Assembly (NCBI RefSeq): GCF_009914755.1
Contig: NC_060948.1
Length of the DNA stretch: 64,000 nucleotides
From: the human T2T-CHM13v2.0 reference genome, Homo sapiens
Strand: one strand, 5' to 3'
Shown here one piece after another: positions 13,151 through 24,955 of the stretch. A model generated the notes under the pieces. That model worked only from the letters and a program-made list of their open reading frames with translations. It made no database searches and had not been told where the DNA came from. Position 1 is the stretch's first letter. The number at the start of each line of letters is the position of its first letter. Position numbers and translations under genes: made by a program.

Positions 13151-16100
13151 TCAATGTGTTATGTCCAGAGTTTTTTCCTTCAGATGTGTCCAGTGTTTCT
13201 TCCTTCTGGCAGGTTCTTGGTCTTGCTCACTTAGAGAATGAAGCTGCAGACCTTACTGTTGAGTGTTAAGGCACTTAAAGGTGTTATGTCCAGAGTTTCT
13301 TCCTTCAGATGTGTCCAGAGTTTCTTCCTTCTGGCAGGTTCATGGTGTTGCTCACTTCAAGAATGAAGCTGCAGACCTCAGTGTTGAGTGTTACAGCACT
13401 TAAAGATGTTATGTCCAGAGTTTTCTCCTTCAGATATGTCCAGCGTTTCTTCCTACTGGCAGGTTCATGGTCTTGCACACTTCAAGAATGAAGCTGCAGA
13501 CCTTACTGTTGAGTTTCAAAGCACTTAAATTTGTTAGGTGCAGAGTTTTTTCCTTCAGATGTGTCCAGAGTTTCTTCCTTCTGGCAGGTTCACGGTGTTG
13601 CTCACTTCAAGAATGAAGCTGCAGACCTTAGTGTTGAGTGTTACAGCACTTAAAGGTGTTATGTCCAGAGTTTTTTCCTTCAGATGTGTCTAGCGTTTCT
13701 TCCCTCTGGCAGGTTCATCGTCTTGCTCACTTCAAGAATGAAGCTGCAGACCTTACTGTTGAGTGTTAAAGCACTTAAAGGTATTATCTCCAGAGTTTGT
13801 TCCTTCAGATGTGTCCAGAGTTTCTTCCTTCTGAGAGGTTCATGGTGTTGCTGACTTCAAGAATGAAGCTGTAGACGTTAGTGTTGAGTGTTACAGCACT
13901 TAAAGGTGTTATGTCCAGAGTTTGTTCCTTCAGATGTCTCCAGTGTTTCTTCCTTCTGGCAGGTTCATGGTCTTGCTCACTTCATGAATGAAGCTGCAGA
14001 CTTTTGTGGTGAGTGTTACAGCAGTTAAAGTTGTTATGTCCAGAATTTGTTCATTCAGATGTGTCTAGGGTTTCTTCCTTCTGGCAGGTTCATGGTCTTG
14101 CTCACTTCAACAATGAAGCTGCAGACCTTCCTGGTGAGTGTTACAGCACTTAAAGTGTTATGTCCAGTGTTTGTTCCTTCAGATGTGTCCATTGTGTCCC
14201 CTTTCTGGCAGGTTCATGGTCTTGCTCACTTCACTAATGAAGCTGCAGACCTTACTGGTGAGTGTTACAGCACTTAAAGGTGTTATGTCCAGAGTTTGTT
14301 CCTTCAGATGTGTCCAGTGTCTCTTCCTTCTAGCAGGTTCATGGTCTTGCTCACTTCAAGAATGGAGCTGCAGACTTTTGTGGTGAGTGTTACAGCACTT
14401 AAAGGTGTTATGTCCAGAATTTGTTCCTTCAGATGTGTCCAGTGTTTCTTCCTTCTGACAGGTTCATGGACTTGCTCACTTCAAGAATGAAGCTGCAGAC
14501 CTCACTGGTGAGTGTTACAGTACTTAAAGGTGTTATGTCCAGAGTTTGTTCCTTCAGATGCGTCCAGAGTTTCTACCTTCTCTCAGGTTCATGGTCTTGG
14601 TCACTTCAAGAATGAAGGTGCACGCCTTAGTGATGAGTGTTACAGCACTTAAAGGTGTTATGTCCAGACTTTGTTCCTTCAGATATGTCCAGAGTTTCTT
14701 CCTTCTGGCAGGTTCCTTGTCTTGCTGATTTCAAGAATGAAGCTGCAGACCTTAGTGGTGAGAGTTACAGCACTTAAAGGTGTTATGTCCAGACTTTGTT
14801 CCTTCAGATATGTCCAGAGTTTCTTCCTTCTGGCAGGTTCATAGTCTTGCTCACTTCACTAATGAAGCTGAAGACCTTACTGGTGAGTGTTACAGCACTT
14901 AAAGGTGTTATGTCCAGAGTTTGTTCCTTCAGATGTGTCCAGAGTTTCTTCCTTCTGGCAGGTTCATGGTGTTGCTCACTTCAAGAATGAAGCTGCAGAC
15001 CTTAGTGTTGAGTGTTACAGCACTTTAAGGTGTTATGTCCAGAGTTTTTTCCTTCAGATATGTCCATCGTTTCTTCCTTCTGGCAGGTTCATGGTCTTGC
15101 ACACTTCAAGAATGAAGCTGCATACCTTACTCTTGAGTGTTAAGGCATTTAAAGGTGTTATGTCCAGAGTTTGTTCCTTCAGATGTCTCCAGAGTTTCTT
15201 CCTTCTGGCAGGTTCATGGTGTTGCTCACTTCAAGAATGAAGCTGCAGACCTTAGTGTTGAGTGTTACAGCACTTAAAGGTGTTATGTCCAGAGATTTTT
15301 CCTTCAGATATGTCCAGCGTTTCTTCCTTCTGGCAGGTTCATGGTCTTGCACACTTCAAGAATGAAGCTGCAGACCTTACTGTTGAGTTTTAAAGCTCTT
15401 AAAGGTGTTATGTCCAGAGTTTTTTCCTTCAGATGTGTCCAGAGTTTCTTCCTTCTGGCAGGTTCATGGTGTTGCTCACTTCAAGAATGAAGCTGCAGAC
15501 CTTAGTGTTGCGTGTTACAGCACTTAAAGGTGTTATGTCCAGAGTTTTTTCCTTCAGATGTGTCCAGCGTTTCTTCCTTCTAGCAGGTTCATCGTCTTGC
15601 TCACTTCAAGAATGAAGCTGCAGACCTTACTGGTGAGTGTTACAGCACTTAAAGGTGTTATGTCCAGAGTTTGTTCCTTCAGATGTGTCCAGAGTGTATT
15701 CCTTCTGGCAGGTTCATGGTCTTGCTCCCTTCACTAATGAAGCTGCAGACCTTACTGTGGAGTGTTACAGCACTTAAAGGTGTTTTGTCCAGAGTTTGTT
15801 CCTTCAGATGTGTCCAGAGTTTCTTCCTTCTAGCAGGTTCATTGTCTTGCTCATTTTAAGAATTAAGCTGCAGACCTTAGTGGTGAGTGTTAAGGCACTT
15901 AAAGGTGTTATGTCCAGAGTTTGCTCCTTCAGATGTGTCCAGAGATTCTTCCTTCTGGCAGGTTCATGCTGTTGCTCACTTCAAGAATGAAGCTGCAGAC
16001 CTTACTGGTGAGTGTTACAGCACTTAAAGCTGTTATGTCCAGCGTTTGTTCCTTCAGATATTTCCAGAGTTTCTTCCTTCTGGCAGGCTCGTGGTCTTGC

Positions 16101-18039
16101 TAACTTCTATAATGAAGCTGCAGACCTTACTGGTGAGTGTTACAGCACTTAAAGGTGTTATGTCCAGAGTTTGTTTCTTCAGATGTGTCCAGAATTTCTT
16201 CCTTCTGGCAGTTTCGTGGTCTTCCTCACTTCAAGAATGAAGCTGCAGACCTTACTAGTGAGTGTTACAGCACTTAAATGTGTTATGTCCAGAGTTTGTT
16301 CCTTCAGATGTGTCCAGGGTTTCTGTCTTCTGGCAGGTTCATGTCTTGCTCACTTCAAGATTGAAGCTGCCGACCTTAGTGGTGAGTGTTACAGCACTTA
16401 AAGGTGTTAAGTTCCAGAGTTTTTTCCTTCAGATGTGTCCAGTGTTTCTTCCTTCTGGCAGGTTCTTGGTCTTGCTCACTTCAAGAATGAAGCTGCAGAC
16501 CTTACTGTTGAGTGTTAAAGCACTTAAAAGTGTTATCTCCAGAGTTTGTTCCTTCAGATGTGTCCAGAGTTTCTGCCTTCTGGCAGGTTCATGGTGTTGC
16601 TCACTTCAAGAATGAAGCTGCAGACCTTAGTGTTGAGTGTTACAGCACTTAAAGGTGTTATGTCCAGACTTTTTTCCTTCAGATGTGTCCAGAGTTTCTT
16701 CCTTCTTGCAGGTTCGTGGTCTTGCTCACTTCCTTAATGAAGCTGCAGACCTTACTGGTGAGTGTTACAGAACTTAAAGCTGTTATGTCCAGAGTTTGTT
16801 CCTTCAGATGTTTCCAGAGTATCTTCCTTCTGGCAGGTTCGTGGACTTGCTCACTTCTTTAATGAAGCTGCAGACCTAACTGGTGAGTGTTACAGCACTT
16901 AAAGGTGTTATGTCCAGAGTTTCTTTCTTCAGATGTGTCCAGAGTTTCTTCCTTCTGGCAGTTTCCTGGTCTTCCTCACTTCAAGAATGAAGCTGCAGAC
17001 CTTACTGGTGAGTGTTACAGCACTTAATGGTGTTATGTCCAGAGTTTGTTCCTTCAGATGTGTCCATTGTGTCCTCCTTCTGGCAGGTTCATGGTCTTGC
17101 TCACTTCACTATTGAAGCTGCAGACCTTACTGGTGAGTGTTACAGCACTTAAAGGTGTTATGTCCAGAGATTGTTCCTTCAGATGCGTCCAGAGTTTCTA
17201 CCTTCTGGCAGGTTCATGGACTTGGTCACTTGAAGAATGAAGGTGCAGAACTTAGTGGTGACTGTTACAGCACTTAAAGGTGTTATGTCCAGACTTTGTT
17301 CCTTCAGATATGTCCAGAGTTTCTTCCTTCTGGCAGGTTCATTGTCTTGCTCATTTCAAGAAAGAAGCTGCAGACCTCAGTGGTGAGTGTTACAACACTT
17401 AAATGTAGTATGTCCAGACTTTGTTCCTTCAGATATGTCCAGATTTTCTTCCTTCTGGCAGGTTCATGGTCTTGTTCACTTCACTAATGAAGCTGCAGAC
17501 CTTACTGGTGAGTGTTACAACACTTAAAGGTGTTATGTCCAGAGTTTATTCCTTCAGATGGGTCCAGGGTTTCTGTCTTCTGGCAGGTCCATGGTCTTGC
17601 TCACTTCAAGAATGAAGCTGCAGACCTTAGTGGTGAGTGTTACAGCACTTAAAGGTGTTATGTCCAGAGTTTCTACCTTCAGATGTGTCCAGAGTTTCTT
17701 CCTTCTTGCAGGTTCGTGGTCTTGCTCACTTCCTTTATGAAGCTGCAGACCTTCCTGGTGAGTGTTACAGCCTTTAAAGGTGTTATGTCCAGAGTTTGTT
17801 CCTTCAGATGTGTCCATTGTGTCCTCCTTCTGGCAGGTTCATGGTCTTGCTCACTTCACTAATGAAGCTGCAGACCTTACTGGTGAGTGTTACAGCACTT
17901 AAAGGTATTATGTCCAGAGTTTTTTCCTTCAGATGTGTCCAGGGTTTCTGTCTTCTGGCTGGTTCATGTCTTGGTCACTTCAAGAATGAAGCTGCCGACC
18001 TTAGTGGTGACTGTTACAGCACTTAAACGTGTTATGTCC

Positions 18040-20290
18040 AGAGTTTTTTCCTTCAGATGTGTCCAGCGTTTCTTCCTTCTGGCAGGTTCATGGTCTTGCT
18101 CACTTCAAGAATGAAGCTGCAGACCTTACTGTTGAGTGTTAAAGCACTTAAAGGTGTTATATCCAGAGTTTGTTCCTTCAGATGTGTCCAGAGTTTCTTC
18201 CTTCTGGCAGGTTCATGGTGTTGCTCACTTCAACAATGAAGCTGCAGACCTTAGTGTTGAGTGTTACAGCACTTAAAGGTGTTATGTCCAGAGTTTGTTC
18301 CTTCAGATGTGACCAGAGTTTCTTCCTTCTTGCAGGTTCGTGGTCTTGCTCACTTCCTTAATGAAGCTGCAGGCCTTCCTGGTTTGTGTTACAGCACTTA
18401 AAGTTGTTATGTCCAGAGTTTGTTCCTTCAGATGTGTCCATTGTGTCCTCCTTCTGGCAGGTTCATGGTCTTGCTCACTTCACTAATGAAGCTGCAGACC
18501 TTACTGGTGAGTGTTACAGCACTTAAAGGTGTTATGTCCGGAGTTTGTTCCTTCAGATGTGTCCAGTGTGTCTTCCTTCTGGCAGGTTCATGGTCTTGCT
18601 CACTTCAAGAATGGAGCTGCAGACTTTTGTGGTGAGTGTTACAGCAGTTAAAGTTGTTATGTCCAGAATTTGTTCCTTCAGATCTGTCCAGTGTTTCTTC
18701 CTTCTGGCAGGTTCATGGTCTTGCTCAGTTCAAGAATGAAGCTGCAGACCTTACAGGTGAGTGCTACAGAACTTAAAGGTGTTGTGTCCAGAGGTTGTTC
18801 CTTCAGATGCGTCCAGAGTTTCTACCTTCTGGCAGGTTCATGGTGTTGGTCACTTCAAGAATGAAGGTGCAGACCTTAGTGGTGAGTGTTACAGCACTTA
18901 AAGGTGTTATGTCCAGACTTTGTTCCTTCAGATATGTCCAGAGTTTCTTCCTTCTGGCAGGTTCATTGTCTTGCTCATTTCAAGAATGAAGCTGCAGACT
19001 TTAGTGGTGAGTGTTACACCACTTAAAGGTGTTATGTCCAGACTTTGTTCCTTCAGATATGTCCAGAGTTTCTTCCTTCTGGCAAGTTCATGGTCTTGCT
19101 CACTTCACTAATAAAGCTGAAGACCTTACTGGTGAGTATTACAGCACTTTAAGGTGTTATGTCCAGAGTTTTTTCCTTCGGATGTGTCCAGCGTTTCTTC
19201 CTTCTGGCAAGTTCATGGTCTTGCTCACTTCAAGAATGAAGCTGCAGACCTTACTGTTTAGTGTTAAAGCACTTAAAGGTGTTATATCCAGAGTTTGTTC
19301 CGTCAGATGTGTCCAGAGTTTCTTCCTTCTGGCAGGTTCATGGTGTTGCTCACTTCAAGAATGAAGCTGCAGACCTTAGTGTTGAGTGTTAAAGCACTTA
19401 AAGGTGTTATGTCCAGAGTTTGTTCCTTCAGATGTGTCCAGAGTTTCTTCCTTCTTGCAGGTTCGTGGTCTTGCTCACTTCCTTAATGAAGCTGCAGACC
19501 TTCCTGGAGAGTGTTACAGCACTTAAAGGTGTTATGTCCAGAGTTTGTTCCTTCAGATGTGTCCATTGTGTCCTCCTTCTGGTAGGTTCATGGTCTTGCT
19601 CACTTCACTAATGAAGCTGCAGACCTTACTGGTGAGTGTTAAAGCACTTAAAGGTGTTATGTCCAGAGTTTGTTCCTTCAGATGTGTCCACTGTCTCTTC
19701 CTTCTGGCAGGTTCATGGTCTTGCTCACTTCAAGAATGGAGCTGCAGACATTTGTGGTGAGTGTTACATCAGTTAAAGTTGTTATGTCCAGAATTTGTTC
19801 CTTCAGATGTGTCCAGTGTTTCTTCCTTCTGCCAGGTTCATGGGCTTGCTCACTTCAGGAATGAAGCTGCAGACCTTACAGGTGAGTGTTACAGAACTTA
19901 AAGGTGTTGTGTACAGAGATGGTTCCTTCAGATGCGTCCAGAGTTTCTACCTTCTGGCAGTTTCATGGTCTTGGTCACTTCAAGAATGAAGGTGCAGGCC
20001 TTAGTGGTGAGTGTTACAGCACTTAAAGGTGTTATGTCCAGACTTTGTTCCTTCAGATATGTCCAGAGTTGCTTCCTTCTGGCAGGTTCATTGTCTTGCT
20101 CATATCAAGAATGAAGCTGCAGACTTTAGTGGTGAGTGTTACAGCACTTAAAGTTGTTATGTCCAGACTTTGTACCTTCAGATATGTCCAGAGTTTCTTC
20201 CTTCTGGCAGGTTCATGGTCTTGCTCACTTCACTAATAAAGCTGAAGACCTTACTGGTGAGTGTTACAGCACTTTAAGGTGTTATGTCCA
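18040..20290. repeat. 1125-bp (9-monomer) tandem duplication, moderately diverged
   Basis: Shared rare variants at offset 1125: gtccattgtgtcctc, atggagctgc, ttacaggtgag..acagaactt and ataaagctgaagacc (19111/20236). Confidence 0.8.
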
Positions 20291-23200
20291 GAGTTTGTTT
20301 CCTCAGATGTGTCCAGGGTTTCTGTCTTCTGGCAGGTTCCTGGTCTTGCTCACTTCAAGAATGAAGCTGCAGACCTTAGTGGTGAGTGTTACAGCACTTA
20401 AAGGTGTTATGTCCAGAGATTTTTCCTTCAGATGTGTCCAGCGTTTCTTCCTTCTGTCAGGTTCATGGTCTTGCTCACTTCAAGAATGAAGCTGCAGACC
20501 TTAGTGTTGAGTGTTAAGGCACTTAAAGGTGTTATGTCCAGAGTTTGTTCCTTCAGATGTCTCCAGGTTTTCTTCCTTCTGGCAGGTTCATGGTGTTGCT
20601 CACCTCAAGAATGCAGCTTCAGACCTCAGTGTTGAGTGTTACAGCACTCAAAGGTGTTATGTCCAGAGTTTTTTCCTTCAGATATGTCCAGCGTTTCTTC
20701 CTTCTGGCAGGTTCATGGTCTTGCACACTTCAAGAATGAAGCTGCAGACCTTACTGTTGAGTTTTAAAGCACTTAAATGTGTTATGTCCAGAGTTTGTTC
20801 CTACAGATGTGTCCAGAGTTTCTTCCTTCTGGCAGGTTCATGGTGTTGCTCACTTCAAGAATGAAGCTGCAGACCTTACTGTTGAGTGTTACAGCACTTA
20901 AAGGTGTTATGTCCAGAGTTTTTTCCTTCAGATGTGTCCAGCGTTTCTTCCTTCTGGGAGGTTCATCGTCTTGCTCACTTCACTAATGAAGCTGCAGACC
21001 TTACTGGTGAGTGTTACAGCACTTAAAGCTGTTATGTCCAGAGTTTGTTCCTTCAGATTTGTCCAGTGTCTCTTCCTTCTGGCAGGTTCATGGTCTTGCT
21101 CACTTCAAGAATGGAGCTGCAGACTTTTGTGGTGAGTGTTACAGCAGTTAAAGTTGTTATGTCCAGAATTTGTTCCTTCAGATGTGTCCAGTGTTTCTTC
21201 CTTCTGGCAGGTTTATGGTCTTGCTCACTTCAAGAATGAAGCTGCAGACCTTAGTGGTGAGTGTTACAGCACTTAAAGGTGTTATGTCCAGAGTTTTTTC
21301 CTTCAGATATGTCCAGCGTTTCTTACTTCTGGCAGGTTCATGGTCTTGCTCACTTCAAGAGTAAAGCTGCAGACCTTACTGTTGAGTTTTAAAGCTCTTA
21401 AAGGTGTTATGTCCAGAGTTTGTTCCTTCAGATGTGTCCAGAGTTTCTTCCTTCTGGCAGGTTCATGGTGTTGCTCACTTCAAGAATGAAGCTGCAGACC
21501 TTAGTGTTGAGTGTTACAGCACTTAAAGGTGTTATGTCCAGAGTTTTTTCCTTCAGATGTGTCCAGCGTTTCTTCCTTCTGGCAGGTTCATCGTCTTGCT
21601 CACTTTAAGAATGAAGCTGCAGACCTTACTCTTGAGTGTTAAGGCACTTAAAGGTGTTATGTCCAGAGTTTGTTCCTTCAGATGTGTCCAGAATTTCTTC
21701 CTTCTGGCAGGTTCATGGTGTTGCTCACTTCAAGAATGAAGCTGCAGACCTTAGTGTTGAGTGTTACGGCACTTAAAGGTGTTATGTCCAGAGTTTTTTC
21801 CTTCAGATATGTCCAGCGTTTCTTCCTTCTGCCAGGTTCATGGTCTTGCACACTTCAAGAATGAAGCTGCAGACCTTACTGTTGAGTTTTAAAGCACTTA
21901 ATGGTGTTATGTCTAGAGTTTGTTCCTTCAGATGTGTCCAGAGTTTGTTCCTTCTGGCAGGTTCATGGTGTTGCTCACTTCAAGAATGAAGCTGCAGACC
22001 TTAGTGTTGAGTGTTACAGCACTTAAACGTGTTATGTGCAGAGTTTGTTCCTTCATATGTGTCCAGAGTTTCTTCCTTCTTGCATGTTCGTGGTCTTGCT
22101 CACTTCCTTAATGAAGCTGCAGACCTTCCTGGTGAGTGTTACAACACTTAAATGTGTTATGTCCAGAGTTTGTTCCTTCAGATGTGTCCTGAGTGTCTTC
22201 CTTCTGGCAGGTTCATGGTCTTGCTCACTTCACTAATGAAGCTGCAGACCTTACTGGTGAGTGTTACAGCCCTTAAAGGTGTTATGTCCAGAGTTTGTTC
22301 CTTCAGATGTGTCCAGGGTTTCTGTCTTCTGGCAGGTACATGGTCTTGCTCACTTCAAGAATGAAGCTGCCGAACTTAGTGGTGAATGTTACAGCACTTA
22401 AAGGTGTTATGTCCAGAGTTTGTTCCTTCAGATGTGTCCAACGTTTCTTCTTTCTGGCAGGTTCATGGTCTTGCTCACTTCAAGAATGAAGCTGCAGACC
22501 TTACTGTTTAGTGCTAAAGCTCTTAAAGGTGTTATGTCCAGAGTTTGTTCCTTCAGATGTGTCCAGAGTTTCTTCCTTCTGGCAGGTTCATGGTGTTGCT
22601 CACATCAAGAATGAAGCTGCAGACCTTAGTGTTGAGTGTTACAGCACTTAAAGGTTTTATGTCCAGAGTTTGTTCCTTGAGATGTATCCAGAGTTTCTTC
22701 CTTCTTGCAGGTTCGTGATCTTGCTCACTTCCTTAATGAAGCTGCAGACCTTACTGGTGAGTGTTACAGCACTTAAAGGTGTTATGTCCAGAGTTTGTTC
22801 CTTCAGATGTGTCCAGTGTTTCTTCCTTCTGGCAGGTTCATGGTCTTGCTCACTTCAAGAATGAAGCTGCAGAGTTTTGTGGTGAGTGTTACAGCAGTTA
22901 AAGTTGTTATGTCCAGAATTTGTTCCTTCAGATGTGTCCAGTGTTTCTTCCTTCTGGCAGGTTCATGGTCTTGCTCACTTCAAGAATGAAGCTGCAAACC
23001 ATACTGGTGAGTGATACAGCACTTAAAGGTGTTATGCCCAGAGTTTGTTCCTTCAGATGTGTCCAGAGTGTCTTCCTTCAGGCAGGTTCATGGTCTTGCT
23101 CATTTCAAGAATTAAGTTGCAGACCTTAGTGGTGAGGGTTACAGCACATAAAGGTGTTATGTTCAGAGTTTGTTCCTTCAGATGTGTCCAGAGTTTCTTC

Positions 23201-23413
23201 CTTCTGGCCGTTTCGTGGTCTTCCTCACTTCAGCAATGAAGCTGCAGACCTTACTTGTGAGTGTTACAGCACTTAAAGGTGTTATGTCCAGAGTTTGTTC
23301 CTTCAGATGTGTCCAGAGTGTCTTCCTTCTAGCAGGTTCATGGTCTTGCTCACTTCACTAATGAAGCTGCAGACTTTACTGGGGAGTGTTACAGCACTGA
23401 AAGGTGTTTTGTC

Positions 23414-24955
23414 CAGAGTTTGTTCCTTCAGATGTGTCCAGAGTTTCTTCCTTCTAGCAGGTTTATTGTCTTGCTCATTTCAAGAATTACGCTGCAGACC
23501 TTAGTGGTGAGTGTTTCAGCACTTAAAGGTGTTATGTCCAGAGTTTGTTCCTTCAGATGTGTCCTGAGTTTCTTCCTTCTGGCAGGTTCATGGTGTTGCT
23601 CACTTCAACAATGAAGCTGCAGACCTTAGTATTGAGTGTTACAGCACTTAAAAGTGTTATGTCCAGAGTTTCTTCCTTGAGATGTGTCCAGAGTTTCTTC
23701 CTTCTTGCAGGTTCGTGGTCTTGCTCAGTTCCTTAATGAAGCTGCAGACCTTACTGGTGAGTGTTACAGCACTTAAAGGTGTTATGTCCAGAGTTTGTTC
23801 CTTCAGATGTGTCCAGTGTTTCTTCCTTCTGACAGGTTCATGGTGTTGCTCACTTCAAGAATGAAGCTGCCGACCTTACTGGTGAGTGTCACAGCACTTA
23901 AAGGTATTATGTGCAGAGTTTGTTCCTTCAGAATTGTCCAGTGTTTCTTCCTTCTGGCAGGTTCATGGTCTTGCTCACTTCAAGAATGAAGCTGCAGACC
24001 TTACTGGTGAGTGTTACAGCACTTAAAGCTGTTATGTCCAGAGTTTGATCCTTCAGATGTTTCCAGAGTTTCTTCCTTCTGGCAGGTTCATGGTGTTGCT
24101 CACTTCAACAATGAAGCTGCAGACCTTAGTGTTGAGTGTTACAGCACTTAAAGGTGTTATGTTCAGAGTTTGTTCCTTCAGATGTGTCCAGAGTTTCTTC
24201 CTTCTAGCAGGTTTATTGTCTTGCTCATTTCAAGAATTACGCTGCAGACCTTAGTGGTGAGTGTTTCAGCACTTAAAGGTGTTATGTCCAGAGTTTGTTC
24301 CTTCAGATGTGTCCTGAGTTTCTTCCTTCTGGCAGGTTCATGGTGTTGCTCACTTCAACAATGAAGCTGCAGACCTTAGTATTGAGTGTTACAGCACTTA
24401 AAAGTGTTATGTCCAGAGTTTCTTCCTTGAGATGTGTCCAGAGTTTCTTCCTTCTTGCAGGTTCGTGGTCTTGCTCAGTTCCTTAATGAAGCTGCAGACC
24501 TTACTGGTGAGTGTTACAGCACTTAAAGGTGTTATGTCCAGAGTTTGTTCCTTCAGATGTGTCCAGTGTTTCTTCCTTCTGACAGGTTCATGGTGTTGCT
24601 CACTTCAAGAATGAAGCTGCCGACCTTACTGGTGAGTGTCACAGCACTTAAAGGTATTATGTGCAGAGTTTGTTCCTTCAGAATTGTCCAGTGTTTCTTC
24701 CTTCTGGCAGGTTCATGGTCTTGCTCACTTCAAGAATGAAGCTGCAGACCTTACTGGTGAGTGTTACAGCACTTAAAGCTGTTATGTCCAGAGTTTGATC
24801 CTTCAGATGTTTCCAGAGTTTCTTCCTTCTGGCAGGTTCATGGTGTTGCTCACTTCAACAATGAAGCTGCAGACCTTAGTGTTGAGTGTTACAGCACTTA
24901 AAGGTGTTATGTTCAGAGTTTGTTCCTTCAGATGTGTCCAGAGTTTCTTCCTTCT
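23414..24955. repeat. Apparently perfect 750-bp (6-monomer) tandem duplication
   Basis: 23414-24205 matches 24164-24955 with no difference I could see. ORFs 23420/24170, 23545/24295, 23682/24432 and 23795/24545 are identical. Confidence 0.93.
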
